From the NCBI GenBank assembly GCA_030698565.1, contig JAUYJS010000003.1, positions 142,187 through 186,566 of the forward strand: DNA of 44,380 nt, given 5' to 3'. Source of the stretch: Candidatus Shapirobacteria bacterium (GTDB lineage: Bacteria; Patescibacteriota; Microgenomatia; UBA12405). Positions 16,199 through 26,102 of the stretch are shown here, piece by piece (position 1 is the first letter of the stretch; every line of letters begins with the position of its first letter). A program made the translations under genes and the position numbers. The notes below the pieces were generated by a model. The model was not told the origin of the DNA. It worked only from the letters and a program-made list of their open reading frames with translations, and did not search any database.

Positions 16199-17665
16199 AT
16201 GAAAAAAATTATTAACAGAGTTTTGGTTTTGAGTGTACTACTCTTTGTCATCCAGTTTTATATCAAAAACCACCCTTTAGAATCGGCCCCATCAACAAGT
16301 GTTAAGGATGTTTTATCTAGTTCTCAACTGTCTTATTTTGCCCGAATCGGTACCGGTACCACTGCTCTAGATACTATTATCGAAGTGTCTAATTCTGGCA
16401 ATCCATCAATCAACACCAATAACCTTTTTGTGGGCGACACTATCGGTATTGGCCGCAGCTCTGGTTTAGGAATTGATAGTTATGTTGTTCGGGATATTGG
16501 TAATACGGCTATCTTTCAAATAAATTCTGCCCTCGCTGTCAACAATGCCAAAGTTGGAAACATGATTATTGCCACTAGATCGGCCATTCATACAATCTAC
16601 TTCACTCCAAAAAGTAGCGTCGCTGGTGGTGCCTGGCAATTTTTAATAAAAGCAACTAGTCGAACAGGAGAAAACCACCAAGACGGTATTCCCGATCAAC
16701 AAGGTTTTGATTTAGGCTCGACTATCCCTTCAGGCGCTGCTACTGGTTTAGGTACCCGTCTCCAAGCCGCCGATATTTCCTGTCCTTTTGGCACCGCCAG
16801 TGTCGGCACCACTGCAGTAGTTAACTCTAATTCTTATCATGTGGTTACCTGTACTCTAGGAGCCGGCATCACCAATCCCATTGATGTCGGTGTCACTATG
16901 GTCATTGGTCGAGAACTTGCTAGTGGTAGCCAATTAATTAATCCAAGCGCCGCCCTAAACCACACCGAAGGCCAAGCTGACACCACTGCTGATGTTTATA
17001 CTTTCATGCTCCGCCACTTGGATTCCTCAAGTGTTCTTCTTGATAGTGATACTACTACCGGCAAAATTGCTGTGGTTGAATCAGTCCGAGTCACGGCTAC
17101 TGTCGACCCGACAATAACTTTTTATATTGATAATATTGGCGTTTCTGCTCCAAGTATGTCGCTTTGCGGTACCACCTTAGCTACCACAGCAGACAACACT
17201 ACTTCTACATCTGTGTCCTTTGGTTCCTTAAACCTTAATGCTTTTAATAATTTAGCCCAAAGACTCTCTTGTATTACCAATGCCGACGGTGGTTATTCGG
17301 TCACGGTTTATGAAACAGGTGTAATGAAAAATATTAATAGTGGCACCACTATTCCCGACACTAATTGCGACGGAGGCTGCAACACTACCACCGCGGCTGC
17401 ATGGGCTACCGATGTCGGTGCCAATGGTTCCGAGTGGGGTTATACCATGCAAAATACTAGTGTTGGTGTCACAATTTTTAATTACCAATCAGGTTGGAAA
17501 GCTTTTGGTATTGGTGCAGCTAACGCTAAAGAAATTATGAAAAATACAAATACACCAGGATCAATTGAGCAAGCCTACATTTGTTATCGAGTTACCGCCA
17601 GTACTATTCAAGAAGCTGGTAATTATGAAAACCACTTAGTTTATACCGCCACAGCTACATTTTAA
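16199..17665 (+). CDS. Secreted surface-operon protein P3 (large paralogue of P1)
   Basis: Signal-like MKKIINRVLVLSVLLFVIQ; IPDTNCDGGCN and C-terminal QEAGNYENHLVYTATATF motifs. The track start at TTG 16187 is less likely than ATG 16199. Confidence 0.6.
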   Translation: MKKIINRVLVLSVLLFVIQFYIKNHPLESAPSTSVKDVLSSSQLSYFARIGTGTTALDTIIEVSNSGNPSINTNNLFVGDTIGIGRSSGLGIDSYVVRDIGNTAIFQINSALAVNNAKVGNMIIATRSAIHTIYFTPKSSVAGGAWQFLIKATSRTGENHQDGIPDQQGFDLGSTIPSGAATGLGTRLQAADISCPFGTASVGTTAVVNSNSYHVVTCTLGAGITNPIDVGVTMVIGRELASGSQLINPSAALNHTEGQADTTADVYTFMLRHLDSSSVLLDSDTTTGKIAVVESVRVTATVDPTITFYIDNIGVSAPSMSLCGTTLATTADNTTSTSVSFGSLNLNAFNNLAQRLSCITNADGGYSVTVYETGVMKNINSGTTIPDTNCDGGCNTTTAAAWATDVGANGSEWGYTMQNTSVGVTIFNYQSGWKAFGIGAANAKEIMKNTNTPGSIEQAYICYRVTASTIQEAGNYENHLVYTATATF

Positions 17666-17673
17666 AAAACAAA

Positions 17674-18654
17674 ATGACAAAAATAACTAAAACATTTACA
17701 TTAATTACAGCCTTATTTTTATTTTCTAGCTCCTTTTATCAAATAAATGCCCAGTCTACTTCCGGTATTTCCGCCATACCTCCCCGATTAGAAATTACCG
17801 CTCTACCAGGTAAAACTATCAGTAAGGAAATTAAAGTTAGGAACGAGTCGAATGTTGAAAGAATATTGTCTACTTCAGTTAAGGATTTTATTGTCACCGA
17901 CGACAAAGGCACTCCGATTCAACTAGATTCTAATGTTTCCCAAAATAACCGTTGGGCTGCCAGTTCTTGGATTCATATTTCGGAAACTAAAATCAAGCTT
18001 AAAGCTGGTGAAACCAAATCATTGATTTTAACAGTCATTGTCCCCGACAATGCTCTGTCTGGAGGTCATTACGCCATGGTACTTCACAGTCCTAAAAACG
18101 AAACCATTCTTACCCAAACCGGATCAGCTGTCGAAACAAATGTTGGAACACTAGTTTATATTACTGTTCCAGGTGATATCAAACAAAATGCCCAAATTAA
18201 GGATTTTTCTGCTCCAAAATTTTTGGAATTCGGACCAGTCAAATTTATCTCCAACATCACCAATCTTTCCGATATACATATCGCTCCTGACGGTGTCATT
18301 GCTATTACCAACTGGTTTGGAGGCAATACCGCCAACATGGCTTTAGACAAAATAAATATTTTCCCCAATACTAGTCGTACTTTTAATAATATCTTAGATA
18401 AAAAATGGTTATTCGGACGCTATAAAGCCCAAATTTTAGCCGGCTACGGAACAGCCGGTGGTTCCTTAGTTGCAACCGTTTTCTTCTGGGTAATTCCATG
18501 GAGATTAATTATTTTAATTCTTATTTTTATCGCTCTAATAATTGCTTTAATTATCTTAAATAAAAACAAACCTCACCGCCAATCTCACGAAACAGTTGAA
18601 GATTTGGAAAAAGAATTGGAAGATTTAAAAAATAAATATAAAGACAATAAATAA
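17674..18654 (+). CDS. Surface-operon protein P4: signal peptide, Ig-like beta ectodomain, C-terminal TM and charged tail
   Basis: Signal ...SFYQINAQS; IPPRLEITALPGKTISKEIKVRNES beta-sandwich-like start; TM LIILILIFIALIIALIIL then ELEDLKNKYKD. Confidence 0.6.
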   Translation: MTKITKTFTLITALFLFSSSFYQINAQSTSGISAIPPRLEITALPGKTISKEIKVRNESNVERILSTSVKDFIVTDDKGTPIQLDSNVSQNNRWAASSWIHISETKIKLKAGETKSLILTVIVPDNALSGGHYAMVLHSPKNETILTQTGSAVETNVGTLVYITVPGDIKQNAQIKDFSAPKFLEFGPVKFISNITNLSDIHIAPDGVIAITNWFGGNTANMALDKINIFPNTSRTFNNILDKKWLFGRYKAQILAGYGTAGGSLVATVFFWVIPWRLIILILIFIALIIALIILNKNKPHRQSHETVEDLEKELEDLKNKYKDNK

Positions 18655-18655
18655 A

Positions 18656-19471
18656 ATATATCTATTTTTAATTTTATTTTCTCTAATTTTTCCCCAATCA
18701 TCATTTGCCCTAGATAAAGTTTCTTCCGCCAATATCACCGTCTCTGCCTCTATCGGAGAAAATCAAGTTACTATCACCGGTTTTACTTCCCCCCAATCTC
18801 GCGTCGAACTTAGTAGTCCCAAAACTTACGCGGTTACTTATAGTGACCCCACTGGCTTCTTTGAATTCGATCGAACTTTACTTCCCAAAGATCCTTCTGA
18901 TCTTTGTCTATCTTCTTTTGATGACTACAATCGTCAATCCACCCCCGTATGTATTCCACCACCCCCACCTACTAATTATCAAACCGACATCGGTCCAATT
19001 ATTTTGCCACCAACCATCGCTCTCAACGCAGCCACGATTCAACCCGGCAGCACTGTCGCCGCTTCAGGCCAAAGCTTACCCAATTCCCAAATCGAAATTT
19101 ATTTTTACAAAGTCGACGATAGTGCCTTGTCCTTTCCCAAAGCTGCCATGGCCTATTCTTTACCCATTCTAACTACAAAATCAGACCATCAAGGTAATTT
19201 TAATTTAAACTTACCCACGGCTTATTCGAGTAATTATCGTCTTTATGTTGCCACCAAATATCAGGATAATTTATCCCCCAAATCCAACACTCTGCTCTAT
19301 GTCATGCCTTCATTAATTTGGCTTTTTTGGTTAGAAAATAAAATATTAATTATTTTTTTGCCACTTTTTATTTTTACCCTTAGCTTTTTTATTTATCTTC
19401 TTGTCCAATATTCTTTACCCAAAAAACATTATCTCCCTGCGATACGAAATTTTTTACCGGCTGTTTGTTAA
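18656..19471 (+). CDS. Surface-operon protein P5, with no canonical start codon upstream of its signal peptide
   Basis: Hand translation of the frame open from 18650 gives IYLFLILFSLIFPQSSFALDKVSSANITVSAS..., continuous with track ORF 19004-19471. C-terminal TM present. The first ATG/GTG/TTG in frame is TTG 19004. Confidence 0.45.
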   Translation: MYLFLILFSLIFPQSSFALDKVSSANITVSASIGENQVTITGFTSPQSRVELSSPKTYAVTYSDPTGFFEFDRTLLPKDPSDLCLSSFDDYNRQSTPVCIPPPPPTNYQTDIGPIILPPTIALNAATIQPGSTVAASGQSLPNSQIEIYFYKVDDSALSFPKAAMAYSLPILTTKSDHQGNFNLNLPTAYSSNYRLYVATKYQDNLSPKSNTLLYVMPSLIWLFWLENKILIIFLPLFIFTLSFFIYLLVQYSLPKKHYLPAIRNFLPAVC

Positions 19472-19499
19472 TTTCCCTTTTCCAGAATATACTAAATAA

Positions 19500-19916
19500 G
19501 TGGCATCAAAAAAAATTATCTTCGTAATTATATTTCTTTCAATTTCGCTGATAGCTTCTATGTTCTTGGTACTAAGAACCACTGTTTTTTTTGGCAAAGC
19601 TACCAGTTCCAACAGTTCACCAATCGTTTTGGAAAATTCCTATCTCTTTGCCTCGCCTATCCAAGCCAAAGCCGATGGCAAAGAAAAAATTAGAATCACC
19701 GCCTTTCTTCTGGATGGTCAAGGTTTAGGCATTTCCAACCTCAAAGTCTCACTTCAATTGCCCCAAAATGTCTCCGTCCTCGCCATCCAATCTGTTACTG
19801 ACGATACCGGTAAAGCCGTCTTCGACCTTTCTTCTAGTGTTGCTAAACAATTAGACATTGCCGCCCAGGTCAACAACAAAACCATCCCCCAAAAAGTTAA
19901 GATTGTGTTTTATTAA
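19500..19916 (+). CDS. Small membrane-anchored Big_1-like (bacterial Ig-like) protein P6
   Basis: GTG start, TM, then ADGKEKIRITAFLLDGQGLGISNLKV...TDDTGKAVFDLSS, typical of invasin/intimin-type Ig domains. Confidence 0.55.
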   Translation: MASKKIIFVIIFLSISLIASMFLVLRTTVFFGKATSSNSSPIVLENSYLFASPIQAKADGKEKIRITAFLLDGQGLGISNLKVSLQLPQNVSVLAIQSVTDDTGKAVFDLSSSVAKQLDIAAQVNNKTIPQKVKIVFY

Positions 19917-19929
19917 AACCCACCCTTCT

Positions 19930-20003
19930 GTAGGGGCGACCCTGGCGGTCGCCCCATTATTTGATCCATTATTATTCAGGGCGGGGGCTAGCCCCGCCCC
20001 TAC
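19930..20003. mobile_element. REPIN-like composite B+C (copy 2)
   Basis: GTAGGGGCGACCCTGGCGGTCGCCCC-ATTATTTGATCCATTATTATTC-AGGGCGGGGGCTAGCCCCGCCCCTAC. Confidence 0.8.
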
Positions 20004-20014
20004 AGAATCAAAAA

Positions 20015-23000
20015 ATGTTATCCTTTTTATACACACTTATGCCTCGGTTACCTCATAAAATTATTTCTATTGGCAATCATTTTTCCTACAAATCCCTTTT
20101 CATTATTCTCTTCTTTTTACTAATTGGTATTGTGGCCTTATTTAAATTTTATCCTCAGAATAAAATTTCTGCTGCCTGGTGGAATGATGGCTGGGGGTAT
20201 CGGAAAGCGGTTTCTATCACTAATTCTAGTAGTACTATCACTAACCAATATGTAAAAATTACCCTTGATACGTCTGCTTTAATCACAGCTGGTAAAATAC
20301 AAAACAACTGCAACGACATCCGTGTTACAAACATCAATGGAAAATTATTAACTCACTTCATTGATGGTGACACTGAATATGATTGCAATGATACTGATAC
20401 ATCCATATATGCTCTAGTTGATTCTATCCCTTCCAATGGAACCACAATTTATATTTATTATGGTAATCCTTCAGCAGAAAATAACGAACCAGTATTAGGT
20501 TCATCAAATTACCCAGCCATTTCATGTCGCAACATTCTTGAACATAGAAGTGATAGTAATGGAACTGGAACATATTATATTACCCCAACAGGAAACCTGA
20601 GCGATAAAATACAAGTCTCCTGTGACATGAGTTACTCTAGTGGCGGGTGGATTCTAGTTTGGCATGGACTTCCATCCGAAGCTATGGTTAGAAACACTAG
20701 TAATGAAAGTGTTAGTTTAAGTAACGACATCATTTTTAACGAGATGCGTATGGAAGGAGTTAATTTAAACTTTAATGTTATCAGCTCTACTGTTGAAACC
20801 GCTAAACTAGCAAAATCCATTCCTCAACATTACTACGAAGTAGATAACACTTCAGATGCTACCAATCCTAAAGTCAATTTTTATGATCTAGACGGTAACC
20901 AAGATGTTCTTTTGTCAAATAACTATTTTATGTATGGATACGGCAATAGTTGGCGAGTCTTTTATACTTGTATAAATGTATCTGGCATAGATTACACTTA
21001 TTTGGGAGGGTATAGTCCAACATGCACTCCCAGAAGTTCATTTAATACTATTAGTGTTAGTTGTACAGGTGGTGGAAACAATTACTGTAATGGTAATGCT
21101 AGAAATACTTCACCAAAAGATAGTGGACTTGGACTATCACTATACGAATACCAAGAAACAAAGGTTTATATTAGAGAAAGCAATATTACTCTTGATGTTA
21201 ATCAAAGTGCTGGCTCACCTTCCACCGAAGAGCAATCCACCGCCCCCGTTGCCTATTGGAAATTTGACGAAGGTGTTGGTACTACTGCATACGATTCCAC
21301 TTCAAACCAAAATAATGCCACTATAAGTGGAGCAGCTTGGAAAACAGAAGATCAATGCATTTCTGGAAAATGTTTAAATTTTCCCAGCAGCGGAAGTATC
21401 ACCGCACTAAGCAATGCTCGTTTAAATTTCAGCACCAATAGTTTCACTATTTCCGCCTGGACACTTCTCCGCGATTATACCTATCCCAAATCAACCTTTA
21501 TGATTTCCAAAGAAGTTAATAATTGTTATGCAACGGGAAACCCTGGTTTTTATATTGGTCACGGTTATCAATCAAACGGCTCAGTCTTTTGTATTAATGA
21601 TGGTACTAATTATATTAATTCAACTCTTACTTATGATTCAGGTTATAAACCAGCCGACACTCAAAATAAATGGACTCATTTTGAATATATATTTGATCGT
21701 ACCGCCGGAAAAATTAAAGTTTATGTCAATGGTATAAAACAATCCAGTGAACTTGATATTTCTTCAGTCACTGGTAGTGTTAATAATTCTAGTAACTTGG
21801 TTATCGGAACACTTCATGGCTGGATGACCGACGGCAAAATAGATGATGTCAAAATTTATCCCTACGCCCGATCTGCAACGCAGATTAAACAGGATTATGC
21901 CGCAGGCAAGGCCCATTCATCTTCAACCAAAGGCACTTCTGTCAACCTCGGCGGCTCTAATCAATCCGGTGACTTTTTATCTAATGGATTGGTTGGATAT
22001 TGGAAAATGGACGAAGGTGTTGGTACAACTACTGCTGATAGTTCTGGGAATGGAAATACTGGAACATTATCAGGAGCTACTTGGTCGAGTGGAAAATTTG
22101 GAATTGGAACAAGTTTTGGAAGTGTCAATAGTAATGTAAGTTTAGGTAGTAGTGCTAATTTAAACACCGGAAATTATTTTACACTATCAGGTTGGTATAA
22201 ATTCAATTCGTTCAAAAGTGAAAACTATTTCTATAATCGTAATGGTCAGTCGGGAACAAGCGGTTTCCATATAGTTTGGATGGCGGGAGCCTCAAGCGAA
22301 ATACGTTATCAATATGCAAACGGTAGTACCTACAATACATTAAATTCTAATAGTCTAAGTTGGAATATTAATCAATGGTATTTTATATCAGTAGTCCACG
22401 ACCTAAATGCAAAAACAATAAATTTTTATCGTGACGGAGTCAATGTAGGAACTGCAAGTTATACAAACACAGCTCTCCCTGTTAGTAGCGGGACTGCATT
22501 TTTAGGAGGATACCAAGGAGATAATCGTTTTGATGGCTCTATTGACGACCTTCGTATTTACAACCGTGCCCTCTCCCCTTCCGAAGTTTCCCAACTTTAC
22601 AATTGGGCACCCGGACCAAAAGCCTACTATAATTTTGATGAGGGTTCAGGTTCTATTCTTAATGATCTATCAGGAAATAATTTTTCTGGTGTACTCAACA
22701 ATGTATCTTTTATTCCAGGTAAATATGGTAGGGCTGGAAAATTCAATGGAAGTGTCGATAGTTATGCCGACATAAACTACCAAGCCATCAATGGCCTTCA
22801 AGATTTTACTACTTCTTTCTGGATGAAATCGTCTGGTAGTGCAGATGGAATTATTTCAGGTGCAGGTAGTAATAGTGACAATGAACTTTTTATTGCTTAT
22901 CAACAGAATTTTGATATCCGAACTAGAAATGTTAATGTTGACACAAACATAAGCACCAATGATGGAGAATGGCACTTCATTTCAGTCACTCGAAACCAAT

Positions 23001-25297
23001 CAACCGGAAACATGGTTTTATATGTTGATGGGATTTTAAAAAACCAAGGCATATCGGGAACTCTGCCATTAAACATATCTTCTGGAGGCTTTATTTTAGG
23101 TCAAGATCAAGATAGTGTTGGTGGTGGTTTTTCCGCTAGCCAATCATACGATGGTCTGTTAGATGACCTCAAAATTTATAATTATATTCGCACTCAAAGA
23201 CAAATAATCGAAGACATGAACGCCGGCCACCCTATTGGCGGCTCCCCTGTTGGCTCCCAACTGGCTTATTGGAAATTTGACGAAGGCTATGGTTCAGCTA
23301 CTTATGATTTCAGTTCTCACAATTACACTGGCACTTTTGGCACCGGCAACTCTGCTCCCACTTGGACCAATGATGGCAAATTTGGCAAAGCTTTGAGTTT
23401 TGTAGACGGTCAATATATCCGAGGACTTTCAGATATTCTTTTGGGTTTGTCTCAAATCACAATTTCTGCTTGGGTTAAACCCATATCCACTACTTATATT
23501 TTCCAACATGGTTCCAGCTACAGCATTAACGGTTATATTAATTATTTTAGGGTTAACTCAACCGGATCAATGACTATTGATATCGAAGATGCAATTACTA
23601 CAGCCCATTTTATCCCTTCAACATCGACGGGTTTGGTCAGTATGAATAGTTGGAGTTACGTCAGTGTAGTGATAAGAAGTAATTTGGTTGATTTTTATGT
23701 CAATGGCAAAAAAGTTTATACCAGCAGTACCTTCAATGGTGCTTACCCATTTCTTAGTACATCTGATGGTTATAAAAACATCGGTCGTTACAATTACAAC
23801 AATAGTGCTATCAGTTATTCTTCAGGCATTATCGACGAAGTCAAAATTTATAATTCTGCATTAACCGACAACGATATTTTACTTGACTATAACCAAGGTA
23901 AATCAATAGTTATGGGTTCCAAAGGTACTGAATCAGATGGTACTACCAATTCATTTTCCGCCGCTCGCGAATATTGCATTCCAGGCGACACTTCCACTTG
24001 TAATCCTCCAATAGCTGAATGGAAAATGGACGAAGGCGTTGGCACGACTGCCTACGATACTAGTGGTAATAATTTACATGGTATTTTAGGCTCAGGCAAT
24101 TCCTCCCCCACCTGGGCCCAAGGCAAAACCGGGTCGGGATTAAATTTTGATGGGATTAATGATTACATTCAAACATCCTCAGCCATTAATTTAGGTTCAA
24201 GTTTTACTATTGGATTTTGGATGAAACCCACTAACCTTCATAATTACGGCGACCCTCTTTCAGCCGGAACTGGCGATAAGTATTTAACTTTTGTCACATA
24301 TGCCGATGGTCATATGGGCTACGGTGTAGGTATTGGTACTTCTTGGGGTACATCAATCAATACCACTGCCGGCAAATTTTCTAATAACCAATGGTATTAC
24401 ATTACCGGTACTTCCAATGGCATAAACACTGAATTGTTTGTCAACGGAATCAGTCAAAATACCGCTCCTAACAATATATCAATTAATCAAGTTATTAATG
24501 TTGGTGCCAGATTGGCAACTGGATATTGGTTTGCCGGAGCAATCGATCAAGTCAAAATCTACAACTACGCCCGCACACCAGCTCAAATATCCTGGGACTA
24601 CAATCGTGGCAAACCAATTGCTTGGTGGAAATTTGATGAATGCCAAGGAACCGCCATTGGTGATTGGAGTATGAATGGAAGCACTGGAACTTTAAATATT
24701 GGTGCCTCTGGTACCCAAAATTCTGTCGGCACTTGTTCTGTCGGCACCTCCGCCGCATGGACCAACGGGGCGAGTGGTAAGCTCAACTCCTCGCTAAGTT
24801 TTGATGGAACAGATGATTATGTTTCAACCAGCATTACTAGAGGATATCTTGGTAGTAGGCTTTCTGTCGCAGTTTGGTTTAAATTCACCGGATCATCAGG
24901 AGACAGTTACAGGCCAATAATTGGAGGTTATGATTCAGGTGCTGGAACAGAATTTTTTATCGGTAAAAATTCAGGCAATACGAATATAGGGCTTCAAGAC
25001 GGAAATTATATTAGCAATATGGTTTCTGGGTCTAATGCTTTTAATGGCAACTGGCATCATTTAGTTTATACTTATGATTCTGGAACAGGTAAAGTTTATT
25101 TAGATGGAAGCTTAAAGAATACTCAGGCTTTTTCAAAATGTAACGACAGTGAATATATCTACATAGGAAAAGAGGATGAAAGTGGAGGATATTTCTTCCC
25201 CGGCCAAATTGATGATGTTCAAGTTTATAACTACGCCCTCACCGCCACACAAGTCAAGGATGTCTATAATAATGGAGCCGTGAATTTTTCAAATTAA
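20015..25297 (+). CDS. Giant surface protein G1: TM anchor, DUF2341, degenerate fibrinogen-like domain, six LamG (Laminin_G_3/ConA-like) domains
   Basis: WWNDGWGYRKAVSITN...IYIYYGNPSA (DUF2341). Six W(K/N)FDEGxG...D.SG...G starts, each closing with (I/L)DD(V/L)(K/R)IYN. The track start at 19961 lies inside the repeat element, so ATG 20015 or 20039 is more likely. Confidence 0.8.
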   Translation: MLSFLYTLMPRLPHKIISIGNHFSYKSLFIILFFLLIGIVALFKFYPQNKISAAWWNDGWGYRKAVSITNSSSTITNQYVKITLDTSALITAGKIQNNCNDIRVTNINGKLLTHFIDGDTEYDCNDTDTSIYALVDSIPSNGTTIYIYYGNPSAENNEPVLGSSNYPAISCRNILEHRSDSNGTGTYYITPTGNLSDKIQVSCDMSYSSGGWILVWHGLPSEAMVRNTSNESVSLSNDIIFNEMRMEGVNLNFNVISSTVETAKLAKSIPQHYYEVDNTSDATNPKVNFYDLDGNQDVLLSNNYFMYGYGNSWRVFYTCINVSGIDYTYLGGYSPTCTPRSSFNTISVSCTGGGNNYCNGNARNTSPKDSGLGLSLYEYQETKVYIRESNITLDVNQSAGSPSTEEQSTAPVAYWKFDEGVGTTAYDSTSNQNNATISGAAWKTEDQCISGKCLNFPSSGSITALSNARLNFSTNSFTISAWTLLRDYTYPKSTFMISKEVNNCYATGNPGFYIGHGYQSNGSVFCINDGTNYINSTLTYDSGYKPADTQNKWTHFEYIFDRTAGKIKVYVNGIKQSSELDISSVTGSVNNSSNLVIGTLHGWMTDGKIDDVKIYPYARSATQIKQDYAAGKAHSSSTKGTSVNLGGSNQSGDFLSNGLVGYWKMDEGVGTTTADSSGNGNTGTLSGATWSSGKFGIGTSFGSVNSNVSLGSSANLNTGNYFTLSGWYKFNSFKSENYFYNRNGQSGTSGFHIVWMAGASSEIRYQYANGSTYNTLNSNSLSWNINQWYFISVVHDLNAKTINFYRDGVNVGTASYTNTALPVSSGTAFLGGYQGDNRFDGSIDDLRIYNRALSPSEVSQLYNWAPGPKAYYNFDEGSGSILNDLSGNNFSGVLNNVSFIPGKYGRAGKFNGSVDSYADINYQAINGLQDFTTSFWMKSSGSADGIISGAGSNSDNELFIAYQQNFDIRTRNVNVDTNISTNDGEWHFISVTRNQSTGNMVLYVDGILKNQGISGTLPLNISSGGFILGQDQDSVGGGFSASQSYDGLLDDLKIYNYIRTQRQIIEDMNAGHPIGGSPVGSQLAYWKFDEGYGSATYDFSSHNYTGTFGTGNSAPTWTNDGKFGKALSFVDGQYIRGLSDILLGLSQITISAWVKPISTTYIFQHGSSYSINGYINYFRVNSTGSMTIDIEDAITTAHFIPSTSTGLVSMNSWSYVSVVIRSNLVDFYVNGKKVYTSSTFNGAYPFLSTSDGYKNIGRYNYNNSAISYSSGIIDEVKIYNSALTDNDILLDYNQGKSIVMGSKGTESDGTTNSFSAAREYCIPGDTSTCNPPIAEWKMDEGVGTTAYDTSGNNLHGILGSGNSSPTWAQGKTGSGLNFDGINDYIQTSSAINLGSSFTIGFWMKPTNLHNYGDPLSAGTGDKYLTFVTYADGHMGYGVGIGTSWGTSINTTAGKFSNNQWYYITGTSNGINTELFVNGISQNTAPNNISINQVINVGARLATGYWFAGAIDQVKIYNYARTPAQISWDYNRGKPIAWWKFDECQGTAIGDWSMNGSTGTLNIGASGTQNSVGTCSVGTSAAWTNGASGKLNSSLSFDGTDDYVSTSITRGYLGSRLSVAVWFKFTGSSGDSYRPIIGGYDSGAGTEFFIGKNSGNTNIGLQDGNYISNMVSGSNAFNGNWHHLVYTYDSGTGKVYLDGSLKNTQAFSKCNDSEYIYIGKEDESGGYFFPGQIDDVQVYNYALTATQVKDVYNNGAVNFSN

Positions 25298-25314
25298 TTT
25301 TAATATTATCCAAC

Positions 25315-25571
25315 GTAGAGACGCACTGTGTGCGTCTCTTTATTTAAAATAAATATTTTATTGTTTGTAGAGACGCATACAATGCGTCTCTACAAAACAC
25401 AACATATCCAATGTAGGGGCGATTCATGAATCGCCCCTACCAACCCGTCATTGCGAGGACAAAGGACGAAGCAATCCCATTCTGTGTAGAGACGCGCTGC
25501 AGCGCGTCTCTACAAATATTCCACCAAATATTTGTTTTTTTCAATGAACAGACACAACGGTCTGTTCCTAC
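25315..25571. repeat. Ordered array of six hairpins: E, E, A, F, E, D
   Basis: E 25315-25339, E 25367-25393, A 25413-25440, F 25447-25478 (GTCATTGCGAGGACAAAGGACGAAGCAATCCC), E 25486-25513, D 25546-25571. Confidence 0.85.
25318..25345 (+). terminator. Intrinsic terminator formed by a family E hairpin plus a T-tract, downstream of G1
   Basis: GAGACGCAC-TGT-GTGCGTCTC followed by TTTATTT, about 20 nt after the G1 stop. Confidence 0.55.
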
Positions 25572-25618
25572 AAATAAATATTGTATTTTAAATTACATTT
25601 TTGTTATTATTTATAATA

Positions 25619-25774
25619 ATGTCCCAATATAGTAAAGATAACGCTCAAATCTTTTATATTACCGAAAACCAAAATACCATAATACTTTTACATGGTTTTA
25701 TTAAAAAAACCAAAAAAACTCCATCAAAAGAAATTGCCATTACTTTTAAAAGATATAAAGATATTATTGACTAA
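25619..25774 (+). pseudogene. 5'-truncated Gp49/HigB-type (RelE/ParE superfamily) toxin remnant, 51 codons
   Basis: AQIFYITENQNTIILLHGFIKKTKKTPSKEIAITFKRYKDI aligns with the C-terminal half of the intact toxin at 33207-33521 (IRVFYCFYRDKTVFVHAIIKKSRKTPTQDIKTAMIRIKQL). The N-terminal half is missing, and the hairpin array abuts the 5' side. Confidence 0.6.
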
Positions 25775-25802
25775 TATATTCTAAAAGATATATAATAAGT
25801 TC

Positions 25803-26090
25803 ATGAAACAAAGAAAATATACTTCTTTTGAAGAATATCTTAAAAAAAGTCTTAAAAATCCTGATTTTAAAAAAGTCTGGGATGATTCTGAAACCGAATA
25901 TCAACTTTCTCGACAAATAATTAAAAAGCGATTAAAAAATAAATTGACTCAACAAGATCTTGCCAAAAAAGCCAACACCACTCAAACGATTATTTCCCGA
26001 ATTGAATCAATGAATGGCAACCCCTCTTTACACTTTCTCAAAAAAATCGCCACCGCCCTCGACGCCAAGTTAAGTATTTCAATAAAATAA
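25803..26090 (+). CDS. XRE-family HTH antitoxin (HigA-like)
   Basis: LTQQDLAKKANTTQTIISRIESMNGNPSL HTH; the C-terminus LKKIATALDAKLSISIK nearly matches 33543-33839. Confidence 0.7.
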   Translation: MKQRKYTSFEEYLKKSLKNPDFKKVWDDSETEYQLSRQIIKKRLKNKLTQQDLAKKANTTQTIISRIESMNGNPSLHFLKKIATALDAKLSISIK

Positions 26091-26102
26091 TTCAAAGGGA
26101 TT

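Noticed and set aside
25315-25571. Possible CRISPR arrays at 25.3, 32.1, 33.0 and 33.9 kb
   Set aside because: Neighbouring repeats belong to different sequence families. Each is itself a full palindrome, and the spacers are irregular (about 7-48 nt) and recur in other arrays. There are no cas genes. The layout fits REP-like clusters, not CRISPR.
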